A stretch of DNA of 53,861 nucleotides from Deltaproteobacteria bacterium (lineage in GTDB: Bacteria > Desulfobacterota > Deferrimicrobia > Deferrimicrobiales > Deferrimicrobiaceae). The notes under the pieces were generated by a model. It worked only from the letters and a program-made list of their open reading frames with translations, was not told the DNA's origin and did no database searches. The translations under genes were made by a program, and so were the position numbers. Within the stretch, counting starts at the first letter, position 1, and each line of letters begins with the position of its first letter. This document shows positions 44,166 to 52,247 of the stretch, one piece after another. The stretch is taken from the NCBI GenBank assembly GCA_016219515.1, contig JACRMU010000004.1:1-53861 (forward strand), written 5' to 3'.

Positions 44166-44513
44166 ATCCTCTCTCCGCGTTATTCCCGGGGATTTCCCTC
44201 ATGTCCGCCGAATGACAGCAACACTATTGTCGCAAACACGACATTTACCGTTCTCCGCGCACCATCGGGATTTCCGGCGATCCGTGGGCCGGAACCTTCT
44301 CGCCCGATGGATTCGCGGGACATCGCAATCCCCCGAGGCGCAAGCGGGACCGTTTCTTGCGGATGGGATGCCGCCGAGCCCTTCGCTGTTTCTGACCCGG
44401 TCCCGGCGGATGCCGGGAAGGGTGCGCCCGATTTCCCTTGGTATGGAAGAAACGCATGCATTACAATTTTTCATGCGACAAACGACCTCCGTTTCTTCCC
44501 GCAAGGAGCCGCG

Positions 44514-46634
44514 ATGACCGAATCGTTCCACTCTTCCTGCATACAGGGGGCGAAAAGCGTCCTCTCCCTGGCCCGGGCATCCTTGTCCCACCAGCTCGCC
44601 GGGCGGGGAGGAAGCGCCCATCTCGGATACCCCGACACGGCGTACGAACTGCCGGTCGCGTTCGGCCTGACGGACCTGAAAGTGTCGACGCTCGCCGACG
44701 GGGAGAAGGTCCTCGATCTCGCGGAAGGGCTCCTTCGCAACGCTCCCACCCTGGAGAACGCTCTCGAGGCCGGCGCCGCCACCCTGCTGGCCGCCGACGT
44801 GCTCGGAGCTCTCTCCCACAAGGACGGGAACCCCTTTTCGCCGCCGTCGGTCGGGTTCGTCCCCGACTCCATCCTGCGCAAGCTGGGCATCTTCATGGTG
44901 GACGGAACCGTGCCGGGAGTCGCGGTGGCGATCGGCAGGGCCACCGACCCGGCGGCCGCCGCCGCCATGGTCCGCCAGTTCCAGGAAATCGGCCTCCTCG
45001 TCTTCCTGGCGGGGGACGTGGCCCAGCAGATGGAGAAGGCCGGCGTGAAGCTGGGAGACGATTTCAAGACGTTTCCGCTGGGCCCCCTCCCCGCGGTCAT
45101 CCACGCCGTCAATTTCGCCGTCCGGGCGGGCCTCACCTTCGGCGGCATCGGCCGCGGCCAGACGCAGGCGATGTACAACTATCTCTCCCAGCGGGTGAAG
45201 GCGTTCGTCTGCGCGCTGGGCCCCATGGACGAGATCGGGCTGGCGGTGATCGCGGGGGCGATGAAGGCCGGATTCCCGGTCCTTGCCGACCGGAACCTTC
45301 CGGAGATCCCCGGCGCGCTCCTGCGGAGCCCCGCGGGCGAGGAGATGGTCCGGGCCGGGATGGAGGCAAGAGGGATCAAGGCGAAGATCGTCAAGGTCCC
45401 CATCCCCATCGCGTTCGGGCCCGCCTACGAAGGCGAGCGGATCCGGAAATCGGACACCTACGCCGAGTTCGGCGGAGGCCGCGGGCCCGCCTACGAGCTG
45501 GTCGTTTCCGCCCCCCTTTCCGAGGTGCGGGACAAGGAGATCGTCGTCGTCGGCCCCGACATCCCCGATATGCCGAAGGGCGGGACGCTGCCGCTGGGGA
45601 TCGTCGTCACGGTCTCCGGGAACCGGATGCAGAAGGATTTCGAATCGGTGCTGGAGCAGCGCATCCACCGGATCGTTAACTACGGGGAAGGGACGATGCA
45701 CGTGGCCCCGCGGGACACCACATGGATCCGCGTCTCCTGCGAGGCGCAAGCCAAGGGGTTCCGGCTGGCGGACCTGGGGATGATGCTCTACGCCAAGATG
45801 CACGCCGACTTCGAGAACATCGTCGACCGGGTGTCCGTCACGATCCACACCCGCGAGGAGGACGTGCAGCGGGGGATGGCGTTCGCCAAGACCGTCTACG
45901 CCGAGCGCGACGCGCGGGCGAAAACGCTGACGGACGACACCGTCGAGGAGTTCTACTCCTGCACCCTGTGCCAGTCGTTCGCTCCGAACCACGTCTGCAT
46001 CGTCGCCCCCGAGCGGCTGGGGCTGTGCGGCGCGATCAACTGGCTCGACGGGAAGGCGGGCTACGAGATCACCCCCACCGGGCCGAACCAGCCGGTGATG
46101 AAGGGCGCGGTCCTCGACCCCGTGAAAGGCGCCTGGGACGGCGTGAACGCATTCGTCCGCGAGCACTCCCGGAACACGGTCCCGGGATTCAACCTCTACT
46201 CGATCATGGACGCTCCGATGACCTCCTGCGGCTGCTTCGAATGCATCCTCGCCCTGATCCCGGAGGCCAACGGCGTGATGGCGGTCAACCGGGAGTTCGA
46301 AGGAAGCGAAACGCCGTGCGGGATGGGGTTCTCCACGCTGGCCGGCTCGGTCGGAGGAGGGGCCCAGACACCGGGGTTCATGGGGGTGGGAAAGCATTAC
46401 CTTCTCAGCAAGAGGTTCCTCGCCGCAGAGGGCGGCCTCCCCCGCCTCGTCTGGATGACGAAAGAGATGAAGGAGTACCTGGGAGCGGACCTTGCCGCCC
46501 GGGCCGCCGAGATCGGCATGCCCGGCCTCGTCGACATGATCGCGGACGAAACGGTCGCGGTCACCCCCGAGCAGCTGCTCCTGCACCTGAAGAAAGTGGG
46601 GCACCCGGCGCTTTCGATGCCGCCGCTGTTATGA
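44514..46634 (+). CDS. acsB: acetyl-CoA synthase (CO-methylating; A-cluster subunit)
   Basis: This is the last 706 codons of track ORF 43815..46634, starting at ATG 44514 behind AAGGAG. GYPDTAYELPV near the N-terminus. A-cluster ligands SCTLCQSFAPNHVCIVAPERLGLCGAINWLDGKAG and the Cys-Gly-Cys Ni site MTSCGCFECI. Confidence 0.95.
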   Translation: MTESFHSSCIQGAKSVLSLARASLSHQLAGRGGSAHLGYPDTAYELPVAFGLTDLKVSTLADGEKVLDLAEGLLRNAPTLENALEAGAATLLAADVLGALSHKDGNPFSPPSVGFVPDSILRKLGIFMVDGTVPGVAVAIGRATDPAAAAAMVRQFQEIGLLVFLAGDVAQQMEKAGVKLGDDFKTFPLGPLPAVIHAVNFAVRAGLTFGGIGRGQTQAMYNYLSQRVKAFVCALGPMDEIGLAVIAGAMKAGFPVLADRNLPEIPGALLRSPAGEEMVRAGMEARGIKAKIVKVPIPIAFGPAYEGERIRKSDTYAEFGGGRGPAYELVVSAPLSEVRDKEIVVVGPDIPDMPKGGTLPLGIVVTVSGNRMQKDFESVLEQRIHRIVNYGEGTMHVAPRDTTWIRVSCEAQAKGFRLADLGMMLYAKMHADFENIVDRVSVTIHTREEDVQRGMAFAKTVYAERDARAKTLTDDTVEEFYSCTLCQSFAPNHVCIVAPERLGLCGAINWLDGKAGYEITPTGPNQPVMKGAVLDPVKGAWDGVNAFVREHSRNTVPGFNLYSIMDAPMTSCGCFECILALIPEANGVMAVNREFEGSETPCGMGFSTLAGSVGGGAQTPGFMGVGKHYLLSKRFLAAEGGLPRLVWMTKEMKEYLGADLAARAAEIGMPGLVDMIADETVAVTPEQLLLHLKKVGHPALSMPPLL

Positions 46635-47551
46635 CCGTCCCGCTACCGAAGCAGGCGTACCCCGGCCGCATCCTCCCCGTGACGCTTCCCGCCGGCCCGG
46701 GGGGAACGCCCGTGACCGTGGGCGGACAGAACGCCCTCTCCCTCGCACCGGAAGGAGAAAAGCCCAATGCCGCGGCCATCGGGATGGAGGTCCGGACGGG
46801 CGGAGGCGATCTCCCGCCGGCCCTGGCGAAGGCGTTCGAATGCAGGGCGACGGACCCGGTTTCTCTTGCGGGGGCGTGCGCGAACGACTGGGGGGCGCAG
46901 TTCCTTTTCCTCTCCCTCGACGGCTGCCATCCGGACGGCGGCGGTCAACCGGTGGAGGAAGGGGCAAGGATCGTCCATGAGGTCCTCGCCGCCGTCTCCT
47001 GCCCGGTGATCGTGGGCGGTTGCGGCGAGGAAGAAACCGACGCGAAGCTCTTCCCGGCCGTCGCGGAAAGCGCAGGCCGTCCCGTCTTCCTCTCGTACGC
47101 CGACGAAAAGAATTACCGCCTGGTGGGCGGCGCGGCCCTGGCGTACGGGCACGGGGTCGTCGCCTGGTCCCCGATCGACATCAACATGGCCAAGCAGGCG
47201 AACCTTCTCCTGTCGGACCTCGGGGTCCCCCCGGAAAGGATCCTCATCGATCCGCTGACCGGCGGGCTCGGATACGGCCTGGAGTACACCTACTCGATCG
47301 TCGAGCGGATCCGGCTGGCGGGGCTCTCGGGCGATGCCATGCTGGCGCGTCCCGTGTTGTGCCACCTCGGGGATGCGTGGAAGGCGCGGGAGGCGGTCGA
47401 CGCCTCCGAAACTTCCTGGGGGGACGCGGTCCTCCGCGGCCGCCGGTGGGAAGAAACCACCGGGTGGGCCTGCCTCGCCGCGGGCGCGGATCTCCTGGTA
47501 TTCCGGCACCCCGGGAACGTCGAGGCCTTCCGGGAGGCGGCGTGGCGCTGA
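46631..47551 (+). CDS. acsD: corrinoid iron-sulfur protein small subunit
   Basis: 306 codons. ATG overlaps the acsB stop (ATGA). TIM-barrel CFeSP small-subunit character (IDINMAKQANLLLSDLGVPPERILIDPLTGGLGYGLEYTYS). Confidence 0.88.
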   Translation: MTVPLPKQAYPGRILPVTLPAGPGGTPVTVGGQNALSLAPEGEKPNAAAIGMEVRTGGGDLPPALAKAFECRATDPVSLAGACANDWGAQFLFLSLDGCHPDGGGQPVEEGARIVHEVLAAVSCPVIVGGCGEEETDAKLFPAVAESAGRPVFLSYADEKNYRLVGGAALAYGHGVVAWSPIDINMAKQANLLLSDLGVPPERILIDPLTGGLGYGLEYTYSIVERIRLAGLSGDAMLARPVLCHLGDAWKAREAVDASETSWGDAVLRGRRWEETTGWACLAAGADLLVFRHPGNVEAFREAAWR

Positions 47552-48894
47552 CCGCCCTGGATATTTACAAGCTGCTCCCCAAGACCAACTGCAAGGACTG
47601 CGGCTTCCCCACCTGCCTCGCGTTCGCGATGCAGATGGCGGCGGGAAAGGCGGGGATCGACAAGTGCCCCCCCGCGTCCGAGGAGGCGAAGGCGGCGCTC
47701 GGGGCGGCCTCCGCTCCGCCGCTCCCCCGCATCGTCGTCGGCACCGGGGACCGCGCCGTCACCCTGGGCGACGAAGTGGTGCTGTTCCGCCACGAAAAGA
47801 CCTTTTACCACCCGACGGCGATCGCGATCTCGGTCTCCGACGCGCTCGGCGACGAGGCGCTCGAGGAGCGCCTGCGGAGCATCTCCGCCCTTTCCTTCGA
47901 GCGCGTGGGCCAGATCCTCGCGGTCGACATGGTCGCGGTCCGCTTCGACTCGGGCGATCCCGCGAGGTTCGCGAAAACCGCCTCCGCTTCGCTTGCGCGG
48001 TGCGGAAAGCCGCTCCTGCTCTCGGGGACGTGCGCGGCCCTTGCTGCGGCCATCCGGGAAGTGGGGGCCTCGCGTCCGCTCCTCCGCCCGCCGCCCGGGG
48101 AAACGGCGGCCGGTGCAGCGCTTGCCGCCGCAGAAAAACTCCCCCTCGCGGTTTCCGCCCGGGGGATCGAGGGGCTTGCCGCCGCGCTTGCGGCCGCGCG
48201 CGCCGCGGGGGCGACGGAGCTCGTCGCCGATCCGAAGCCCGCCGATGCGGCCGTCGCCGTCGCCGACTCCATCTTCATCCGGCGGCTCGCCATCGTCCAC
48301 CGGGCGCAGGAGATCGCCTACCCCACGGCGTTCGACCTCGGGCAGGGGTTCCCCCGGCCCTTCGAGGCCGCCTGCCTGCTCCTGTCGAAGTACGCGTCGC
48401 TCCTCGTGCTCGACACCGCGGACCCGGCGGAGATCTTCCCGCTGCTGACGCTGCGCCAGAACCTTTTCACCGACCCGCAGCGGCCGATCCAGGTGGATCC
48501 GGGAATCTACCCCATCGGAAAGATTTCCCCTTCCTCCCCCGTCCTCATCACCACCAATTTCTCCCTGACCTACTTCACGGTCCGCAGCGACGTGGAGGCG
48601 GCGAAGACCCCTGCCTACCTGCTGATCGCCGAGTGCGACGGGATGTCGGTCCTGACCGCATGGGCGGCGGGAAAGTTCACTTCCGAGAGCATCGCGGCGC
48701 TGCTGGCCGAAAGCGGAATCTCCGGAAAGGTGGATCACCGCACGCTCATCCTCCCCGGGATGGTGGCGCGCCTCTCCGGGAAGATCGAGGAGCTCTCGCA
48801 ATGGCGCGTCCTCGTGGGGCCGCAGGAGTCCTCCGCACTGCCCTCCTACCTCCGGCGGCTGCCGCCCGCCGCGTTCGTTCCCGTACATGGGTGA
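47542..48894 (+). CDS. acsC: corrinoid iron-sulfur protein large subunit
   Basis: GTG 47542 sits behind GGGAGG and overlaps acsD by 10 nt. N-terminal 4Fe-4S motif LTALDIYKLLPKTNCKDCGFPTCLAFAMQMAAGKAGIDKCP. C-terminal corrinoid-binding region (AECDGMSVLTAWAAGKF). Confidence 0.9.
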   Translation: MALTALDIYKLLPKTNCKDCGFPTCLAFAMQMAAGKAGIDKCPPASEEAKAALGAASAPPLPRIVVGTGDRAVTLGDEVVLFRHEKTFYHPTAIAISVSDALGDEALEERLRSISALSFERVGQILAVDMVAVRFDSGDPARFAKTASASLARCGKPLLLSGTCAALAAAIREVGASRPLLRPPPGETAAGAALAAAEKLPLAVSARGIEGLAAALAAARAAGATELVADPKPADAAVAVADSIFIRRLAIVHRAQEIAYPTAFDLGQGFPRPFEAACLLLSKYASLLVLDTADPAEIFPLLTLRQNLFTDPQRPIQVDPGIYPIGKISPSSPVLITTNFSLTYFTVRSDVEAAKTPAYLLIAECDGMSVLTAWAAGKFTSESIAALLAESGISGKVDHRTLILPGMVARLSGKIEELSQWRVLVGPQESSALPSYLRRLPPAAFVPVHG

Positions 48895-50464
48895 CCCGGG
48901 AAAAGGCATCCTGCGCTTCCTCCCGGAAAGCGCGTCCGTGCGCCTCTCTCCGGGAGACACGGTCCTGGCCCACGCCATCCGCTCCCTTTCCCCGGAAGAC
49001 CTTCGCGCGGGGATCCGGCTTGCCTGCCGCTGCCTCCCGCTGGAAGGGGAGGTCGCCGTCACCGTCCTCCCGGAGAGCCGCCCCGCCCGCCTGTCCGCTT
49101 ACATCGAGGGGAAGGAAATGGCGGAAGACGGCCCGTTCCTCCCCCTGCACGTCGTCCCCCGAAAGGGGATTCCGCTGGGCGCGGCCCTGGACGCGGGGAC
49201 CAGCACGCTGGCGGGGGCGCTCATCGACCTGCGGAACGGGTCGGTCCTCGCCCGGACCGCGGCCGACAACCCGCAGATGGCCTGCGGGGAGGACCTGATC
49301 TCCCGGATCGTCTTCGGAGAGGAGAACCCCGACGGGTTTCCCCTCCTGCGCAACCTCCTCCTGACGGGGATCGAGCAGGTGATTTCCGGCCTGGTCCGCT
49401 CCTCTTCCGTGGAAGGGGAGATCGTCGAAGTCTCCGCCGCGGGAAACACGGTCATCTCCCACATCCTTTACGGCCTGTCCCCCTCGCCGGTGCGCCGGCC
49501 GCCCCACCGGCCGGTCCTCAAGGAGTATCCCGTGAAAACGGGGAAGGACCTCGGCATCGTTTCCGCGCCGTCCGCCCGGTTCCGGATCTTCCCCTCCATC
49601 GGCGGGTTCGTCGGAGGGGACATCGTTTCCGGGATCCTGGCCTCCGGGATGCACCGGGAAGAGGCCGTGACCCTTCTGTACGACGTGGGGACCAACGGCG
49701 AGGTGGTGCTGGGCAACCGGGAGTTCCGGATCGCCTGCTCCTCGTCCGCCGGCCCCGCATTCGAGGGGGGAGAAGTGGCGTGCGGGATGCGCGCCTATCC
49801 CGGGGCGATCGAATCGGTCCGCATCGATCCCGTGCGCCTTACGGCCGAATGGACCGTGATCGGCGGAGGGAAACCGGCCGGAGTGTGCGGCTCGGGGATC
49901 CTCGACCTGTGCGCGGAGCTGTTCCGGGCCGGGCTGATCGACCGCGCCGGCCGATTCGTCCCCCGCGGGAGAGCCCCCTTCCGGGAGACGGACCGGGGGA
50001 CGGCGTTCGTCGTCGTCCGCGCGGAGCGGAGCGCCACCGGAGCGGACATCGTCTTCACGGCATCCGACCTGAAAAGCGTCGTACGGACCAAGGCCGCGCT
50101 GTGCGCCGCCGCCGATGCCCTCCTCCGGGCAGTGGGGCTTCCGCGGGACAAGGTGGAACGGGTCTGCATCGCGGGAGGATTCGGCAACTTCCTCGACCTG
50201 CGGTCCGCGCAGACGCTCGGGGTCTTCCCGCCCTTTCCGATGAAAAAGTTCGTTCTCCTGGGCAACGCGTCGCTGGCGGGCGCGATCGGAGCGATTCGCA
50301 ACCGGAAGCGGTGGGAGGAGGCGTGCACGCTCTGCTCCTCCACCGACTATCACGACCTTTCCTCCGACCAGGGGTTCATGGAGCTTTACCAGCGCGCGCT
50401 TTTCATCCCGCACACGGACGCCGAGAGCTATCGCGGAAATCCCCTGCCGGAGACGGCCACGTGA
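48887..50464 (+). CDS. RACo-like ASKHA ATPase (reductive activator of corrinoid Fe-S protein) lacking the 2Fe-2S Cys motif
   Basis: 525 aa. ATG overlaps acsC by 8 nt. ASKHA phosphate and adenosine motifs LDAGTSTLAG, YDVGTNGEVVLG and IAGGFGNFLD. The N-terminal ~60 aa keep only ..RLACRC of the ferredoxin domain. Confidence 0.85.
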   Translation: MGDPGKGILRFLPESASVRLSPGDTVLAHAIRSLSPEDLRAGIRLACRCLPLEGEVAVTVLPESRPARLSAYIEGKEMAEDGPFLPLHVVPRKGIPLGAALDAGTSTLAGALIDLRNGSVLARTAADNPQMACGEDLISRIVFGEENPDGFPLLRNLLLTGIEQVISGLVRSSSVEGEIVEVSAAGNTVISHILYGLSPSPVRRPPHRPVLKEYPVKTGKDLGIVSAPSARFRIFPSIGGFVGGDIVSGILASGMHREEAVTLLYDVGTNGEVVLGNREFRIACSSSAGPAFEGGEVACGMRAYPGAIESVRIDPVRLTAEWTVIGGGKPAGVCGSGILDLCAELFRAGLIDRAGRFVPRGRAPFRETDRGTAFVVVRAERSATGADIVFTASDLKSVVRTKAALCAAADALLRAVGLPRDKVERVCIAGGFGNFLDLRSAQTLGVFPPFPMKKFVLLGNASLAGAIGAIRNRKRWEEACTLCSSTDYHDLSSDQGFMELYQRALFIPHTDAESYRGNPLPETAT

Positions 50465-51501
50465 AAAACGATCTTCCCCCGTTCCTTCCCACGGGCGTCG
50501 GCAGCCTGCCGCACACCGATCCGGAGGCCGCGGTGCGGCTGGTCCTTTCGGCCTTCCGCGACGTCCCCTGCTGGCCCCAGCTCCCCCGCAGGACCTTTCT
50601 CGAAACCATGTACATCCAGTACGCGGCGGGGCTGCCGGGGGCGGTCATCGACGGGGAGAAGCTCTTTGTCGATGGAGGGGAAACCGTCCAGGAGGATGCG
50701 GAGGCCTTCTACGAACGGTTCCTCATGGAAGATGCCTCCTCCTTCGCGATCTCCACGGAGCGCGCGGCGGGGCTATACGCCCTCCTCTCCTCCGGGAAGG
50801 GGCCGTATCCCGCCGTCAAGGGACAGGTCACGGGCCCCGTCTCCTTCGGCCTGATGACCACCGACCGGGGGAAGAAGCCGCTCTTCTACGATCCGATGGG
50901 CCGGGACATCCTGGTAAAACACCTTCTGCGGGTCGCCCAGTGGCAGGTTGCGGAGCTTTCGCGCCTCTCGCCCAACGTCATCCTGGTGCTGGACGAGCCG
51001 TATCTCGCATCGGTGGGGTCCGCCATCCTCTCCCTCGCGAAGGAGGAGGTGATCGGCTGCCTCGACGAGATCTTCGACGGCCTGCCGGGGACGCGGTGCG
51101 GAATCCACTGCTGCGCGAACACCGATTGGGGGCTCGTCCTCTCCTCGCGGGTGGAATACCTCTCCTTCGACGCCTACGAGTACGCGGACTCCCTGCTGCT
51201 GTATCCGAAGGAGGTGAAGGCGTTCCTCGGCCGCGGGGGGAAGCTCGCCTTCGGGATCGTCCCCACGTCCGCGCAAGGGATCCGCGCGGAGACCCCGGAG
51301 ACGCTGGCGGCCCGGATGGATGCGATCCTCGGGAAATTCGAATCGCGCGGGATCGGACGCGATGCGGTCATCCGCGCAACCCTCCTCACTCCCGCCTGCG
51401 GACTGGGCACCCTTCCCGTGGAGGATGCGGAGCGGGCGATCCTTCTGACCGCCGAGCTCTCCGACCTCCTGCGGCATCGCCACGGAGCGGCCGCGGGATG
51501 A
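50461..51501 (+). CDS. MetE-C-terminal-like (core-MetE type) Zn methyltransferase
   Basis: 346 codons. GTG overlaps the upstream stop (GTGA). VILVLDEPYLASVG (cf. IQIDEPAL). Zn-ligand pattern GIHCCAN (His-x-Cys) and LLTPACGLG (cf. PDCGL). No second (folate-binding) MetE repeat. Confidence 0.7.
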   Translation: MKNDLPPFLPTGVGSLPHTDPEAAVRLVLSAFRDVPCWPQLPRRTFLETMYIQYAAGLPGAVIDGEKLFVDGGETVQEDAEAFYERFLMEDASSFAISTERAAGLYALLSSGKGPYPAVKGQVTGPVSFGLMTTDRGKKPLFYDPMGRDILVKHLLRVAQWQVAELSRLSPNVILVLDEPYLASVGSAILSLAKEEVIGCLDEIFDGLPGTRCGIHCCANTDWGLVLSSRVEYLSFDAYEYADSLLLYPKEVKAFLGRGGKLAFGIVPTSAQGIRAETPETLAARMDAILGKFESRGIGRDAVIRATLLTPACGLGTLPVEDAERAILLTAELSDLLRHRHGAAAG

Positions 51502-52247
51502 GCCTTCTGATCGCCGTCGCGGGAAAGGGGGGGGTGGGAAAGACCACCTGCTCCGCGCTCCTGCTGCGCGCGCTGCTCGCTTCCGGGGTCCGCCCGCTGC
51601 TGGCGGTGGACGCCGACCCCAACGCCAATCTCCACGTGCTCCTGGGGTTCCCGTCCCCGAAGGGGCTGGGATCGGTCCGCGAAGAGCTCCTGGAGGGGCC
51701 CGGCGGAGCGGCCTCCAAGGAAGAGCTCCTCGAGGCGATGGTCCAGCAACGGGTCGTGGAAGGGAACGACGTCGACCTCATCGCGATGGGCCGGGGCGAG
51801 GGGCCTGGCTGCTACTGCTTCGTGAACAACCTCCTGCGCCGGTCTCTTTCGCGGCTCGCGGGAGGATACGCCGCGGTCGTCGTCGACAACGAGGCCGGGA
51901 TGGAGCACCTCTCCCGGCGCAACCTGCGCAGGATCGACCACCTGGTCCTGGTCGCCGACCCTTCCCCGCGGGGGATGTCCGCCGCCTGCGCCATCCGGGA
52001 TCTTGCCGCGGACCTGTCCCTTCCCGTCGGAAAGAGCTGGCTCCTGCTGAACCGGCCGTACTCCGCGGGCGACGGCGGGGATGCGCCGTCCCTTCCCTTC
52101 CCCCTGCTCGCCGCGATCCCGCACGACCCGTCCCTGCCGGCCTGGGAGGCGGACGGCCGCTCTTTCCTCGACCTGGGGGACGGCTCTCCGGCCGCTTCCT
52201 GCATGGCCGGCGCGATCCGCAACCTCCTTGCCGGGAAGGCGCGATGA
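51498..52247 (+). CDS. cooC: CooC/AcsF-type Ni-insertion accessory ATPase
   Basis: 249 aa. ATGA overlap with the upstream gene. Deviant Walker A AGKGGVGKTT and the CxC metal motif GPGCYCF. Confidence 0.9.
   Translation: MSLLIAVAGKGGVGKTTCSALLLRALLASGVRPLLAVDADPNANLHVLLGFPSPKGLGSVREELLEGPGGAASKEELLEAMVQQRVVEGNDVDLIAMGRGEGPGCYCFVNNLLRRSLSRLAGGYAAVVVDNEAGMEHLSRRNLRRIDHLVLVADPSPRGMSAACAIRDLAADLSLPVGKSWLLLNRPYSAGDGGDAPSLPFPLLAAIPHDPSLPAWEADGRSFLDLGDGSPAASCMAGAIRNLLAGKAR

Noticed and set aside
43815-44513. The N-terminal 233 codons of the 939-aa track ORF that ends as acsB.
   Set aside because: This part runs antisense through amt copy 2 and across the intergenic region and has no family resemblance. 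AcsB-like sequence begins only at ATG 44514, which has an AAGGAG ribosome site.
41106-44513. A search for a glnK/PII gene next to either amt copy.
   Set aside because: No ORF of about 112 aa with PII features exists in any frame of the flanks. The flanking spaces hold promoter and terminator elements instead.
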